Notes: generated by a model from the sequence alone, not told the origin. Positions 30,519 through 42,072 are shown, counted from the first letter of the stretch. The stretch: DNA of 64,000 nucleotides from an uncultured delta proteobacterium (GCA_963735595.1 CAVTLK010000004.1:480001-544000); one strand, 5' to 3'. Numbers and translations are program-made.

Positions 30519-33095
30519 ATGCACAGAATTCACAAAAGGCTTCGTATCGGTATAGAGACGATCATCCTTGTCCTTCTGATAGGACTGGTTGCCTTTATCA
30601 TCGCGGTCTCGTCCATCGATCTGGAAAACTATCGAAAACAGATCATCACCACCTTAAATGATTCTTTAGGCGGGGAAGTCCGGCTCGATAGTATCGAATT
30701 CTCGCTTTTCCCGTATTTCGGCGTTAGAGGGCGGAATTTTCATCTCACCGGAGATCGGGACACCCCTGTCGTACGGGCCGATGAAGTGGTCATCGGTGTT
30801 AATTTCCTCCCGCTCTTCGTGGGTAAGGTCGTTCCGAGGAAACTCAGGGTAATTTCCCCCGCGGTTCTCATCACCCTCGAAAAAGATGAACTCCTGATCG
30901 ACAAGATCGTAAAGACCATCAACCGGGCCGCTCCCACGGAGGGCAGTGAAATTACCCTCCGGGAACTGGTGATTCACGACGCTTCATTAAAGGTCACTGA
31001 TACGCGTTTCAGCCCGACAAAAGACTATACAATTTTTCTCACTTACGGCTGGTTCAAAGGGGATCTCAAAAAAGGCCCCCTGAGATATTCCCTCCTGCTG
31101 GTGCCTCCGGGCGGCCGGGGAACAATTAAGTCCAAGGGTCAGACACGGCCCGATGGGGGGCTTTCCGCCCGCGTATCGCTTGATACGGTAAGCCTTGACC
31201 CGGCCAACTTGGTTTTCATTGACTACGGACACGTCTCAATCTCGGGCATGGTGAGCGGCTCCGCCGCACTTACCTACTACGATCCCCATAACATGAGTAC
31301 CGAGGGCCGTATCGTTGGAACGAACCTCCGACTTACCGGAAGCCCCGCGTATCCCGACGGCCTCGCAATAGACCGGATCGACATTTCCGGAGTGCTTTCG
31401 CTAACGCCTGCCGGCGTAGAGATCCGCGACGCCATAATCTCGCGGGGACCCCTCGACGTCCGGGGGGACTTCGCGTATAAACGGGTATTGCATCGAAACG
31501 GCTATTCCCCCGACCTGGCGGTGATCGCGAATATCAGGGGATTTGATCTTTCCAGAGACCTGGCGCTTATCCCCTTCGGGTTCCTGGGGGAGGGGGCGAA
31601 GGGGGATGCGGCAAAGCTCCTTCAAAAAGGAAGAATCGGCGCCCGCGTGGACATCAAGGGCGACCCATCCCTCCTCGGGACAAGGGCCGCCCGATTGGAG
31701 GCGACCGGAAGGCTCACGGGAGGCGCGTTCGACCTGGGCGGTATCGTCGTTTCCGGTGTGAACGCCGACCTTTCGGTCTCGGCCGATGAGATAACGGTCA
31801 AAAACGTTACTTTCTCCGATCCGCCGGGAAAGGTGAAGGAACTCCGCTGGCGGGTCGAAAACACCTACCGGGCACCTTACCTCCGGGACCTCATGGTCAC
31901 CGTGGACGACATGGCCTTCGAGGACGTCAAGGACATCCTGGCCTCGGAAGTGGTTGCCGCCGTTCCCTTCTTGAGCGAGACCGAGGGGACGGGGAGGGTC
32001 CGGGGAGTAATGAAGGTGGAGGCGCCGATAGCCGATACCCCCGGCGTCCCCGAGGCGACGGGGTGGGTCACCCTTTCGGACTGGACCCTGAGCGTTCCCT
32101 TCTTCACCAAGACCCCCTTGCCGGGGGAGGCCACGCTGATCTTCGAAGGGAATCGAATGAGTATACCGCCCGTTACGATAAAGTTCGCCGAGTCGATACT
32201 TTCCGGAGAAGGGACATTGACCAATTTTGCGCGGCCGCGGCTCGTGATGTCGATCAGCGCCCCCGCCATCGACCTTGCCGAGCTTTTTGGAACGGGTGAC
32301 GCAACGCTGCTGCTGGACGATCTTACCGCCCGGCTCATCTTCGAAGAAGGGTACATTATCCTGCCCGATCTGAAAGGCGGCCTCTACGGCGGCACCTGTT
32401 CCGGCGAGTTCGGATACGTATACCCGGAGACGGGATCGGAAAGCCTCTTCTATCTCAATCTCATCGGGGAGGCAGCCGATATCGGCGCCCTGCTCTCGGA
32501 TGCCGATATATCCGATAACGTCATGGGACGGGCCGACCTTACACTCTCATTGCGATCTGAGCCCGGAGACCCGCGGACTATTCTGGAAACGATGGATGGG
32601 ACGGCGGCAATTACCGTAACCGACGGGACAATCAAGAGACTGTCGCTATTGTCAAAAGTCATGTCTATCGCGCAGATTTCAAACTATCTACGCCTTAAAT
32701 TTCCCAAACTCGATACCGAGGGGATACCGTTTGACTCGATCACCGGGGATTTTACTATCGAGGACGGGGCACTCAAGACGGAAAACCTATATTTTAACAG
32801 CAGGGTTGTGAAGATGAGCGTCGTGGGAGGCTATGACGCGGTCCGGGACGATCTCGATATGGTCCTCGGATTTCAACTCCTGCAGACGATCGACCTTATC
32901 ATCAACAAGATTCCCGTCGTCGGCTACATCCTCACGGGGGATGACGGCAACCTCTTTACCACCTATTTTACCGTCACCGGGAGCATCAAAGACCCCAATG
33001 TGGAGCCGATGACCCTCGAGGGACTTGGGAAGGGAACGCTCAACATTTTCTCGCGAATCTTTCACTTCCCGCTGAAAGGGTTCAAACCCCGCTAA
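30519..33095 (+). CDS. AsmA-family protein
   Basis: N-terminal TM anchor, long beta-rich body, AsmA_2-like C-terminus ([23 protein letters not shown]...DP.V). Confidence 0.85.
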   Translation: MHRIHKRLRIGIETIILVLLIGLVAFIIAVSSIDLENYRKQIITTLNDSLGGEVRLDSIEFSLFPYFGVRGRNFHLTGDRDTPVVRADEVVIGVNFLPLFVGKVVPRKLRVISPAVLITLEKDELLIDKIVKTINRAAPTEGSEITLRELVIHDASLKVTDTRFSPTKDYTIFLTYGWFKGDLKKGPLRYSLLLVPPGGRGTIKSKGQTRPDGGLSARVSLDTVSLDPANLVFIDYGHVSISGMVSGSAALTYYDPHNMSTEGRIVGTNLRLTGSPAYPDGLAIDRIDISGVLSLTPAGVEIRDAIISRGPLDVRGDFAYKRVLHRNGYSPDLAVIANIRGFDLSRDLALIPFGFLGEGAKGDAAKLLQKGRIGARVDIKGDPSLLGTRAARLEATGRLTGGAFDLGGIVVSGVNADLSVSADEITVKNVTFSDPPGKVKELRWRVENTYRAPYLRDLMVTVDDMAFEDVKDILASEVVAAVPFLSETEGTGRVRGVMKVEAPIADTPGVPEATGWVTLSDWTLSVPFFTKTPLPGEATLIFEGNRMSIPPVTIKFAESILSGEGTLTNFARPRLVMSISAPAIDLAELFGTGDATLLLDDLTARLIFEEGYIILPDLKGGLYGGTCSGEFGYVYPETGSESLFYLNLIGEAADIGALLSDADISDNVMGRADLTLSLRSEPGDPRTILETMDGTAAITVTDGTIKRLSLLSKVMSIAQISNYLRLKFPKLDTEGIPFDSITGDFTIEDGALKTENLYFNSRVVKMSVVGGYDAVRDDLDMVLGFQLLQTIDLIINKIPVVGYILTGDDGNLFTTYFTVTGSIKDPNVEPMTLEGLGKGTLNIFSRIFHFPLKGFKPR

Positions 33096-33105
33096 GGAAC
33101 GGTCT

Positions 33106-33579
33106 ATGGAAACAAAGCGGCATCTCCTGCTCGATGAACTGCTGCCCCTGATCGCCGAACACACGAAAGAGGGGCGGACGGTGGTTTTTACCAACGGCTG
33201 TTTTGACCTGCTGCACGTGGGTCATATCCGTTACCTTGCCCGGGCCAAATCAGAGGGGGATATCCTCGTGGTAGGGCTCAACTCCGACCGGTCGGTACGG
33301 GGACTCAAGGGGCCGGACCGCCCCATACAACGGGAGGACAACCGGGCGGAGATCCTGGCGGCCATCAGGGTCGTCGATTACGTGGTGATCTTTGACGAGC
33401 CGACCCCGATCGGCCTGATAACGGCCCTCAAACCGGCCGTGCTGGTCAAGGGGGAAGACTGGAAGGAAGACGACATCGTGGGTGCGAAGGAAGTGAAGTC
33501 GTGGGGGGGGAGGGTCGTGCGCGCCGCGTTCACCGCCGGGGCGTCCACGACGAGCCTGGTCGATCGTATGAAAAAATGA
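33106..33579 (+). CDS. rfaE2: D-glycero-beta-D-manno-heptose 1-phosphate adenylyltransferase
   Basis: [37 protein letters not shown]. Confidence 0.93.
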   Translation: METKRHLLLDELLPLIAEHTKEGRTVVFTNGCFDLLHVGHIRYLARAKSEGDILVVGLNSDRSVRGLKGPDRPIQREDNRAEILAAIRVVDYVVIFDEPTPIGLITALKPAVLVKGEDWKEDDIVGAKEVKSWGGRVVRAAFTAGASTTSLVDRMKK

Positions 33580-33672
33580 ACGTCCCGGGCACGAGGGACT
33601 TCCCGGGCCGTCAGGGGGAAGCCCGCCGGGCCGGCTCTTCGTGCCGTAATCGTATCGGTCTGGGAGGTTACT

Positions 33673-34254
33673 ATGCGTACTATGCATACGGCGGCCAGTG
33701 AAACACCCCATCTCCCGGCTCTTCCCGAGGTGCGGCAGATAGGGATCGTCGTCCGCAGCGCCCCGAAAGCGGTCGCGTACTATTCGAAAACCTTCGGCAT
33801 CGGGCCGTGGTTTCGGCCGAAGCTTTCGGGTCAGGAACACTACCTTGCGGGGAAACGACCGGCGCAGTTCGACCTCGACCTTGCCATTGCCTACGCCGGG
33901 AAAATACAGTACGAGATCATCGAGCACAAAGGCGGCGACCGGAGCATTTACAGCGACCATCTGGATAGATACGGGGAGGGGGTTCATCACCTCGGTTTCT
34001 ACGTGAACGACTTCGACAAGAGGCTCGCCGCGTATACGGGCAGCGGGATCGGCGTCCTTCAGGCGGGGTCGTTGGCGAGCGGCGGGAACGCGGGGGGGTC
34101 GATAACCAAATACGCGTACCTGGATACCGCGGCGATCGCCGGGGTCATCCTCGAGATCATCGAAACGAGATTCCTGAAAATAAACATCAACATGTCCCGC
34201 TTCTGGTTTGAGCTTGGGGCCGTTTTGGGGGATGTGGAACGGATACGCCCGTAG
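33673..34254 (+). CDS. VOC/glyoxalase family protein (methylmalonyl-CoA epimerase-like)
   Basis: QIGIVV, FGIGPW, GEGVHHLGF, AYLDT...GVILEII. Confidence 0.85.
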   Translation: MRTMHTAASETPHLPALPEVRQIGIVVRSAPKAVAYYSKTFGIGPWFRPKLSGQEHYLAGKRPAQFDLDLAIAYAGKIQYEIIEHKGGDRSIYSDHLDRYGEGVHHLGFYVNDFDKRLAAYTGSGIGVLQAGSLASGGNAGGSITKYAYLDTAAIAGVILEIIETRFLKININMSRFWFELGAVLGDVERIRP

Positions 34255-34264
34255 GGGACCTGCC

Positions 34265-35053
34265 CTATTTATAGTATTGGGGCCTCCGGTCGCCAAACAG
34301 GTCGTTTATGGGCGTGACCTTCTTGTCGCGGGCCTCGGCCGGCTCGATCCGAACGGTCCGGCACTGCTCGGTATGCGTATCCAGCTCCATGAGATAGTTA
34401 CCCGTCGGGGAGACGACCACCGAGCCGCCGGTGAAGGCGTTGCGCCGGCCCCCGTTTTCTTCCGTGCCGACCCGGTTTGCCGTGACGGTATAGACCCGGT
34501 TTTCCACCGCACGGGCGAACATCGCCCGCTGGCAGTAGGGCAGGACGAGGTTGGCGGGGTGCAGGATCACCTCGGCGCCCGAGAGCGCCAGCGTACGGGC
34601 GCCCTCGGGGAAGAACCAGTCAAAGCAGATCATCATCCCGAATCGCGCCCCCTTGTACGAAAAGACGGAAAAACCGGTGTCGCCGGGAGAGAAGAACTCC
34701 TTCTCGTGGGAGAAAAGGTGGGTCTTCCGGTAGTTTGCGATGAGCGCGCCGTCACCGATGAAAAAGGCGGAGTTGAAATAGCGGTCGCCCGCCCGCTCCG
34801 CATATCCCCCGCAAATACCCATCGAGCGATCCCGGGATAGCGTATAGAGCGGCAGCAGGACGGCGTCGTCGGGGCCAATGGATACCGCCCGCACCTCATC
34901 GGGGTCCGCAAAGGTATAGCCTGACGTGCAGAGCTCCGGGAGGACCACCACATCGGCCCCGGTCCCGGCCAGAAGATCGGCCGCTCTTTCGACGTTGGCC
35001 GCAACGTCCAGGAAGGCCGGTTCGGTCTGCGCGATGGCGATTTTTATGGGCAA
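34265..35053 (-). CDS. Carbon-nitrogen hydrolase (nitrilase family)
   Basis: E-K-C triad: LPEL, YRKTHL, ICFDW; TTG start behind GGAGG. Confidence 0.92.
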   Translation of the reverse strand: MPIKIAIAQTEPAFLDVAANVERAADLLAGTGADVVVLPELCTSGYTFADPDEVRAVSIGPDDAVLLPLYTLSRDRSMGICGGYAERAGDRYFNSAFFIGDGALIANYRKTHLFSHEKEFFSPGDTGFSVFSYKGARFGMMICFDWFFPEGARTLALSGAEVILHPANLVLPYCQRAMFARAVENRVYTVTANRVGTEENGGRRNAFTGGSVVVSPTGNYLMELDTHTEQCRTVRIEPAEARDKKVTPINDLFGDRRPQYYK

Positions 35054-35235
35054 TAGTTTTTACCTCCCGCGTTTGTTTAAATATACCACCGCCAATCGTC
35101 GATGACAAGGGGCAACGGGACAATGGCGGGGGGCGGTACGGCGCCGGGGCAGGCCGTGAAAGTCCTTGACAAAGGCTCGGCCGGGCGTCTACTATTTTAT
35201 AAGGATTATACGTATCCTGGATATATTCTGACCAG

Positions 35236-36213
35236 ATGATTACGCCGGACGACATACTGGGCGCCCACGGCCGCATACGAGGTGCGATCAACCGGACCCC
35301 CGTCATGACCTCGCGGACGCTGGACGGGATCATCGGCGCGCGCGTCTTTTTCAAGTGCGAGAACTTCCAGAGGGTCGGCGCGTTTAAGATCCGGGGGGCG
35401 CTCAACGCGGTGAGCATCCTTTCAGCGGAAGAGAAGACACGCGGGGTGATCACCCATTCCAGCGGCAACCACGCCCAGGCGCTTGCGCTGGCGGCTCGCC
35501 TTTCGTCGGTCGGGGCTACGGTCGTCATGCCGAAGGGGGCCCCGGCCGTCAAGGTCGAGGCCACCCGGGGCTACGGGGCCGACGTGGTCTTCTGCGAAAA
35601 CAGCGAGGCCTCCCGGATCGAAACGACCGAGGGCCTCATCTCCCGGTTCGGTTATACCCTCGTACACCCCTACGATAACGACGCGGTCATCGCGGGTGCG
35701 GGCACGGCGGCCGGAGAGCTCATGGGAGAAACCGGCGGCCTGGACATCCTGGTCTGCCCCATCGGGGGGGGAGGGCTGGTTTCGGGGAGCGCGATCGCCG
35801 CCGCGGGGGCGGGCAAGAGGCCCATCGTCGTTGCGGCGGAGCCGGAGCGCGCCGACGATGCCTGCCGGTCGCTGGCGGCGGGCCGCATCGTCAGGAACCT
35901 CTCCACGGACACCATCGCCGACGGCCTGCGGACCACGCTGTGTGACCGCACCTTCGCGATAATCCAACGGCATGTCGATTCGATCGTGACCGTGTCGGAA
36001 CCGGAGATCGTCAACGCCATGAGGTTTTTGTGGGAGCGGATGAAGCTGGTCGTGGAGCCGTCCGGGGCGGTCGGGCTTGCCGGCGTCCTGTCGGGCAGGA
36101 TTGCCGTCAAAGACGCCCGGGTGGGGGTAATCATCAGCGGGGGGAACGTCGATCTCTCGGACTATTTTGCGATACTCAGCGCGAAAATACCGGAAGGACA
36201 AACCAAACACTGA
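35236..36213 (+). CDS. PLP-dependent serine/threonine dehydratase or serine racemase family
   Basis: FKCENFQRVGAFKIRGA, SSGNHAQ, PIGGGGL, VEPSGA, SGGNVD. Confidence 0.92.
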   Translation: MITPDDILGAHGRIRGAINRTPVMTSRTLDGIIGARVFFKCENFQRVGAFKIRGALNAVSILSAEEKTRGVITHSSGNHAQALALAARLSSVGATVVMPKGAPAVKVEATRGYGADVVFCENSEASRIETTEGLISRFGYTLVHPYDNDAVIAGAGTAAGELMGETGGLDILVCPIGGGGLVSGSAIAAAGAGKRPIVVAAEPERADDACRSLAAGRIVRNLSTDTIADGLRTTLCDRTFAIIQRHVDSIVTVSEPEIVNAMRFLWERMKLVVEPSGAVGLAGVLSGRIAVKDARVGVIISGGNVDLSDYFAILSAKIPEGQTKH

Positions 36214-36235
36214 ACACAACCCGATGGAGGGGGAA

Positions 36236-37135
36236 ATGCCCGGGACAATCGATCGGAAAAAGATCCTGCTCTTTCTCGGCCTCACGTTTACGGCCGATTG
36301 GCTCATGGCGGGCCTCTTCTACCTGTTCGGGGGGAGACTGAATACAACGCCGGCAGTCTTCATGGCCCTCGCCTATATGTTCGTCCCGATGATCATGGCC
36401 GTCGTCGTCCAGAGATTCATCTATCACCGGGACCTTAAAGGGCCCCTGGGCATATCGTTCCGCGTCAACCCGTGGTGGATTGCCGCCTGGCTCGTCCCCG
36501 TGGTTATCGCGTTCGGGGCGTTCGGGATAAGCCTCCTGTTTCGCTCCGTGTCCTACTCGCCGGAGATGGCCGGGATCTACGAACACTTTGCCAGGGTCTT
36601 CACCCCCGAGCAGATACAGGAGATCAGGAGAAAGCAGGATATGCTCCCGTTTCACCCGGTATGGTTTGCCCTCGCCCAGGGATTGATCATCGGTCCCACC
36701 CTTAATGCGGTGGCCGCCTTCGGGGAGGAGCTTGGCTGGCGTGGATTCCTGCAGAGGGAGCTGGCGCCGATCGGGTTCTGGGGTTCATCGGCCCTCATCG
36801 GATTTATCTGGGGGGTGTGGCACCTCCCCCTTATCCTCATGGGGCATAACTACCCCGAGCACCCGGTACCGGGGGTGTTTCTCTGGACGGTAAACTGCGT
36901 ATTCCTGGGTATCGTTATCAGCTACGTGCGGGTACGGGCGCGATCGGTGATCGCCGCGGCCGTTATGCACGGGACGTATAATGCCATGGCGGGCCTGGCT
37001 ATTATCCTGATCATCGGCGGAAACGACCTGATCTCCGGGGTTCAGGGAATTTCGGGAGTGATCGTTGCGGGAGTTCTGGCGGGCCTGGTCTTTATTATCG
37101 ACCGCTTCGTGATGAAGGGCCCGGTCGGCCAATAG
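36236..37135 (+). CDS. CPBP (CAAX protease/Abi) family intramembrane metalloprotease
   Basis: GEELGWRGFL, WGVWHLP, MHGTYN. Confidence 0.92.
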   Translation: MPGTIDRKKILLFLGLTFTADWLMAGLFYLFGGRLNTTPAVFMALAYMFVPMIMAVVVQRFIYHRDLKGPLGISFRVNPWWIAAWLVPVVIAFGAFGISLLFRSVSYSPEMAGIYEHFARVFTPEQIQEIRRKQDMLPFHPVWFALAQGLIIGPTLNAVAAFGEELGWRGFLQRELAPIGFWGSSALIGFIWGVWHLPLILMGHNYPEHPVPGVFLWTVNCVFLGIVISYVRVRARSVIAAAVMHGTYNAMAGLAIILIIGGNDLISGVQGISGVIVAGVLAGLVFIIDRFVMKGPVGQ

Positions 37136-37368
37136 CGCCTATAGCCCTATACTATAGCCGGAGGACGCGAAATGACTGTCTCCCATGAGACCGTGCGCGG
37201 CACCAATCCGCGGGCGGCGGAGGGTCCGCCGGCCCCGGGGACTGCGTTGACGGGTATGAATGGATGCGGCGCCCGCATACGATAACGTTATCGGATGGGG
37301 CGCCGCCTCGCGAAGCGGTTCTCCTATCTCGTTTTACGCCGTCCTGAACCGTCCTCCGTCCTACGGTC

Positions 37369-37698
37369 CTACAGGGACTTGCCGATAGCCTTTTCCAATT
37401 CGGCCTTGGGAACGGCCCCAACGACCTGATCCACAACCTTCCCGTCCTTATAGAGGATAATGGTGGGTATACCGCGGACGCCGTACGACGACGCGGTCAT
37501 GGGATTGTCGTCCACGTTGAGCTTGGTGAACTTTACCTTGCCGTCATAGGTCGAGGCCAGCTCCTCGATCACCGGTGCGATGGCCTTGCACGGCATGCAC
37601 CAGGGCGCCCAGAAGTCGACAAGTGTTAGCTTATCTGACTTGATGACCTCGTCTCCGAAGCTGCTGTCGCTAATCTCTTTGACCTTATCTGATGCCAT
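37369..37698 (-). CDS. trxA: Thioredoxin
   Basis: VDFWAPWCMPCK, GIPT, VVGA. Confidence 0.95.
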   Translation of the reverse strand: MASDKVKEISDSSFGDEVIKSDKLTLVDFWAPWCMPCKAIAPVIEELASTYDGKVKFTKLNVDDNPMTASSYGVRGIPTIILYKDGKVVDQVVGAVPKAELEKAIGKSL

Positions 37699-37878
37699 AA
37701 TTCAGTACCTCCAGGGTTTACTGTCATAGATGATACTAACCCGGCCACGATTCAAAAACAAGAGCCATTTTCCAAGTTCCGGGCGGAAAATATATCCTTG
37801 ACATTCGGGCCTATCTGAATAATATACATCTTATCTCATGTTTTCTTTCCCCTTTTTACACCAACCAAGAGGTTTACC

Positions 37879-39249
37879 ATGGCAGAAGCGGAATTAAAAC
37901 GTACGGTCTCGCTGGCCGGCGCGATCGCCATCACGGTGGGCAGTGTTATCGGGATGTCGATATTCGTCCTGATTAACTCGATGGCATCCCTGACGGGGCC
38001 ATCCCTGCCGATTGCCTTCTTCCTTGCCTTGATTCCGGCCCTCCTCAATGCGGTAACCGTATCGCAGCTGGGAAGCTCGATCCCCCGGGCGGGCGGCGGA
38101 TACGTCTTTACCTCGCGGATTCTCGGACCCTTCTGGGGATTTGCCACTTCGTGGTTCATCTGCCTTGCCATTGTCGGGGCCCTGTGCACCGTCGGGATCG
38201 GCCTCGCCCAGTACGTCAACCTCTATCTTACCCCGCCTGTTGACGTGACGATTATCGCGATCCTGCTCGTTGCCGCGTTTGTGATCATCAACGCGGTCGG
38301 CCTGCTGTTCGCGGAGACCGTTCAGATCATCATGGTCGTCCAGATGATCATCGCCATGCTCATATTTGCCGTCTGGGGCTTCGTTGCCGGACCGAGGACG
38401 GAGACGGTGGGCGTCCCGTTTCTTGCGGGCGGCATCGGGGGCTTGGCCATGGCGTCGGTCCTCTGCTACTATTCCTATGTTGGGTTCGCCGTGATCGCCG
38501 AAGTCGGAGAGGAAATGAATAACCCCAAGAAAAACATCCCGCTTTCCATCGGGATTTCGGCGGTTATCATCTTCATCGCCTACGCCCTGGTAGCGACGAC
38601 GTTCAACCGGCTGGTCGGGTATGACAAGGAGATGCTCGCGGGGCTCTCCGCGCCGGTGGCATACGCGGCGGGCCTGTTCCTGCCGGTATGGGCGGTCCAT
38701 TTCCTGAACCTCGGGGCCCTTGGCGCGGGGCTCACCTCGATTAACGCGGGGGTCATCGCCATGCCCCGGGAGCTCTTCGCCCAGGGCAGGGACGGGATCC
38801 TGCCGTCCGCCTTTAAATACGTTACGAAGAAGGCCAAGACGCCGCTATGGGCGGTCCTCTCGGTTTTCCCGCCGGTCCTGGTCCTGCTGCTGTTCAGGCA
38901 GACCGCCGATTTTTACGGCTTCCTGGCCGTGGGAGCGCTGCTGCTTACCAACGTCACCATCGCGCTTGCCTGCGTACGGCTCCCGAAGCGGTTCCCCGAT
39001 CTGTACAACAAGGCCACGTTCCGGATCGGCAGGGGGTGGCTCACGTTCATTTCGTGGGCGGCCATCGTTACCTCCGGTATCTTCCTTGCGTTCATCGTCC
39101 TCCAGTTCGGTATCCTTCCCCTCATCCTGCTTGGATGGGCAATCGTGGTCTGTCTCTTCTATATCGTCAGAAAGCGGGCCATGATGCGGGGGGGGACGGA
39201 TTTCTTCGGCATCTACAAGAAGATACCCGGACATGAGGAGAAGAAATGA
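37879..39249 (+). CDS. APC-family amino acid permease
   Basis: About 12 TM; GSVIGMSIF, PRAGGGY, GFAVIAEVGEE..NP.KNIP. Confidence 0.92.
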   Translation: MAEAELKRTVSLAGAIAITVGSVIGMSIFVLINSMASLTGPSLPIAFFLALIPALLNAVTVSQLGSSIPRAGGGYVFTSRILGPFWGFATSWFICLAIVGALCTVGIGLAQYVNLYLTPPVDVTIIAILLVAAFVIINAVGLLFAETVQIIMVVQMIIAMLIFAVWGFVAGPRTETVGVPFLAGGIGGLAMASVLCYYSYVGFAVIAEVGEEMNNPKKNIPLSIGISAVIIFIAYALVATTFNRLVGYDKEMLAGLSAPVAYAAGLFLPVWAVHFLNLGALGAGLTSINAGVIAMPRELFAQGRDGILPSAFKYVTKKAKTPLWAVLSVFPPVLVLLLFRQTADFYGFLAVGALLLTNVTIALACVRLPKRFPDLYNKATFRIGRGWLTFISWAAIVTSGIFLAFIVLQFGILPLILLGWAIVVCLFYIVRKRAMMRGGTDFFGIYKKIPGHEEKK

Positions 39250-40325
39250 GAGTCCGAAACAAGAAGGAGTATATCGATACCCCGGCGCTATTGCTGGACC
39301 TCGACAAGGTCGAGTTCAACCTGGCCAGGGCCGCCGATTTCATCAAGACGACCAAGGCCAAGCTCCGCCCCCACATCAAGACGCACAAGTGCCCGGTGCT
39401 TGCCCAGAAGCAGGTCCGCGCCGGTGCTATCGGGGTGACCTGCGCCAAGGTCGGTGAGGCGGAGGTGATGGCCAAGGCCGGCATTGCGGACATACTGATC
39501 GCAAACCAGGTGGTGGGCGCGCGAAAGATCATGCGGCTCATGGACCTCCTGGCTATATCCGACGTGAAGGTCGCGGTGGAAAACGAGGGAAACGTCGCGC
39601 AGCTCTCCGAGGCGGCCCAGTGCCGGGGCAAGACGCTGCCGGTCCTCATCGAGGTGGACGTGGGGATGGGCCGATGCGGGGTTAAGACCGCCGACGAGGC
39701 GGTAGCGCTGGCAGGGAAAATCGACGCGGCAAAGGGCATACAGCTTGCCGGCATCATGGGGTACGAGGGCCACATCATCTTCACGTTTGAACGGGCCGAG
39801 CGCGAAAAGGCGGCACGCGAATGCATGGAGGCGCTGGTCGACGTCAAAAAACGGCTCGAAAAAGAGGGATTCCCCATCGGGATCGTCTCGGGAGGAGGAA
39901 CGGGAACGTACGATATCTCCTCGAAAGTCGAGGGGATTACCGAGATCCAGGCCGGCTCCTACCTGACCATGGACGCCACCTACGGGTACCTCAACCTCGG
40001 GTTTAAGCAGGCGCTAACCCTCATGACCACCGTCATCGCGATCCACGGCGATCACGTGATCCTCGATTGCGGCATGAAATCGCTCACCCATGAGTTCGGC
40101 ATGGCCCAGGTGATCGGGATCGAGGGGGCGGCGGTCACGTCGCTCTCGGAAGAGCACGGGCACATGACGGTTCCCGACACGGCCACAATCGCCGTCGGCG
40201 ATAAGATCGAGCTTGTCCCCACCCACGGCTGTACCACTATCAACCTGCACGACACGTTTTACGCCGTCCGGGGGGACATGGTTGACGCCGAATGGGAGAT
40301 CGCTGCCAGGGGAAAGTTCGTGTAG
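39246..40325 (+). CDS. DSD1 / D-threonine aldolase family PLP enzyme
   Basis: TPALLLD, RPHIKTHK, GYEGH, SGGGT, EIQAGSY, SEEHG, HGCTTINLHD. Confidence 0.93.
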   Translation: MRVRNKKEYIDTPALLLDLDKVEFNLARAADFIKTTKAKLRPHIKTHKCPVLAQKQVRAGAIGVTCAKVGEAEVMAKAGIADILIANQVVGARKIMRLMDLLAISDVKVAVENEGNVAQLSEAAQCRGKTLPVLIEVDVGMGRCGVKTADEAVALAGKIDAAKGIQLAGIMGYEGHIIFTFERAEREKAARECMEALVDVKKRLEKEGFPIGIVSGGGTGTYDISSKVEGITEIQAGSYLTMDATYGYLNLGFKQALTLMTTVIAIHGDHVILDCGMKSLTHEFGMAQVIGIEGAAVTSLSEEHGHMTVPDTATIAVGDKIELVPTHGCTTINLHDTFYAVRGDMVDAEWEIAARGKFV

Positions 40326-40528
40326 CATCGCCGCCTATTTTATTTATCCGCGTTTACGCGTGCCGGCGGCAGGGGGACCTGCCGCCGGTATTGTGTATTG
40401 TTAATAGGCGTTCCGGGATGTGCCATCTGTTCTCGTTTCTCGTAAAGTACCGGTTTTGTCCACCGGCCCGGGAACTCTCCCCCCGCCGTTGTGTCAGATA
40501 CGGGTGACACCACATACGGAGAATTTCT

Positions 40529-41767
40529 ATGGGTAAGAAAATCGCGGCTATTATTTTTATCTTCTTTTGTACGGCGCTGGCGTGGGTTATCCTCGGTGCG
40601 TCCATCGGGACGCGCACCTCGGATACCGACACCCGGCTGGGCGAGGAGGTGGCGCACCTCTGGGGAGATATACAGCACCAGTACCCTCCCCTCTTTACGT
40701 CTCCCTATATAGAATACCAGGACAAGGTCGATGAGAAGACCAAGAAGGTCGTCAAAGAAAAAGTCCTCATGTACCGGAGCCTTCCGATCGCGGGAAGCGA
40801 GATCATGGCCGACTTCTCGCTGGACTACCGGAAGAAAGGACTCCTCTGGTATTCCACCTACGTCGTCAAATTCGACGGCACCTACCGGGTAATCAACGAC
40901 ACGCCGAAGGGCGAGACGGTTACCATTACCCATAAATTTCCCACCGCCAATGCCGAGTACGACGATTTTCACATCTTTGTCGACGGTAACGAGATCGAAA
41001 CGCTCACCTGGTCCGCCGACGGAATTACCACGTCCGTGGAGCTTCCCGCGGGAAAGCCGCTCGATTTCCGGGTCGTCTACACGAGCCGCGGGCTTTCGGA
41101 GTGGCACTACTATTTCAGCCAGGGAAGCGTGGAAGAGGTCAGGGACTTCTCGATGAAGATCACGACCGACTTTACGGGGCTTGACTTTCCCGTGGGGACG
41201 TTGTCTCCCACCGCAAAGGAAGAGACGGAATCCGGGATGGCCCTCGCCTGGGACTTCACCAAGCGGATTACCGGAAACCATATCGGGATCTCGATGCCCG
41301 AGCGGGTAAACCCGGGCCCGATGGCGGAGCGGATGACCTTTTTCGCGCCGGTGTCGCTCCTCTTTTTCTTCTTCATCATCTTTATCATCACGACGCTCAG
41401 GGGAATCAACCTGCACCCGATGAACTACTTCTTCCTGGCGGCCGCCTTCTTTGCCTTTCACCTGCTGATGGCCTACCTCGTCGATCACCTGGATATCCAC
41501 CTCGCGTTCCTGATTTCGGCGGCGGTCTCGTTGTTCCTGGTTGTCAGCTACCTGAGGCTTGTGACGGGAATGAGGTTCGCACTGGTCGAGGCCGGCACGG
41601 CGCAGCTCATCTACCTCATCCTCTTCTCCTATTCGTTTTTCTTCAAGGGATATACCGGGTTGATTATCACGATTTCCTCCATCCTGACGCTCTTTGTCGT
41701 CATGCAGATGACCGGCCGTATTAAATGGGAGGAGAAATTCAGGTCAATCACCGAAAAGAAGGAATAG
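40529..41767 (+). CDS. CreD-like inner membrane protein
   Basis: N-terminal TM, periplasmic domain, LHPMNY.FLAAAFF.FHLL..Y..DH, multi-TM C-terminus. Confidence 0.8.
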   Translation: MGKKIAAIIFIFFCTALAWVILGASIGTRTSDTDTRLGEEVAHLWGDIQHQYPPLFTSPYIEYQDKVDEKTKKVVKEKVLMYRSLPIAGSEIMADFSLDYRKKGLLWYSTYVVKFDGTYRVINDTPKGETVTITHKFPTANAEYDDFHIFVDGNEIETLTWSADGITTSVELPAGKPLDFRVVYTSRGLSEWHYYFSQGSVEEVRDFSMKITTDFTGLDFPVGTLSPTAKEETESGMALAWDFTKRITGNHIGISMPERVNPGPMAERMTFFAPVSLLFFFFIIFIITTLRGINLHPMNYFFLAAAFFAFHLLMAYLVDHLDIHLAFLISAAVSLFLVVSYLRLVTGMRFALVEAGTAQLIYLILFSYSFFFKGYTGLIITISSILTLFVVMQMTGRIKWEEKFRSITEKKE

Positions 41768-41860
41768 GAACGACGCGCGCGCGATGAGGCAGGACGAGGG
41801 AAAAGGGGAGAGGGGAGAGGGGGCGGGCGGTATTTGCGCCGGGTGGCACCGGCGCAGGGT

Positions 41861-42007
41861 GTAGGGGCGGCTCGCGAGCCGCCCACCGGACAATAGGGCC
41901 GTTCACGAACGGCCCCTACGAGAGGAAAACGGACACGACAAGTCGTGTCCCTACGGGTGCTAAATCGTTACGCGTTTGTATTCGTAGGGGCACGACTTGT
42001 CGTGCCC
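41861..42007. repeat. Cluster of four GTAG-type REP-like palindromes
   Basis: 41861-41884 (+), 41896-41919 (-), 41931-41954 (-), 41984-42007 (+); each is GTAG plus a ~20-nt GC-rich hairpin. Confidence 0.88.
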
Positions 42008-42019
42008 GTTTTGCGTTTA

Positions 42020-42072
42020 CGCCACTCTGCCGTCATTGCGAGGAGGCCCGTTCGGGCCGACGCGGCAATCCC
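42020..42072 (+). repeat. Left arm of a GTCATTGCGAG-type element
   Basis: cgccactctgccgtcattgcgagg...ccgacgcggcaatccc; inverse-complementary to 43443-43491. Confidence 0.8.

Noticed and set aside
37160..37310. GGAGG plus ATG 37-codon ORF and a long hairpin downstream of the CPBP gene
   Set aside because: The peptide has no features; the hairpin (~37266-37306) is adequately explained as a transcript-end structure between convergent genes.
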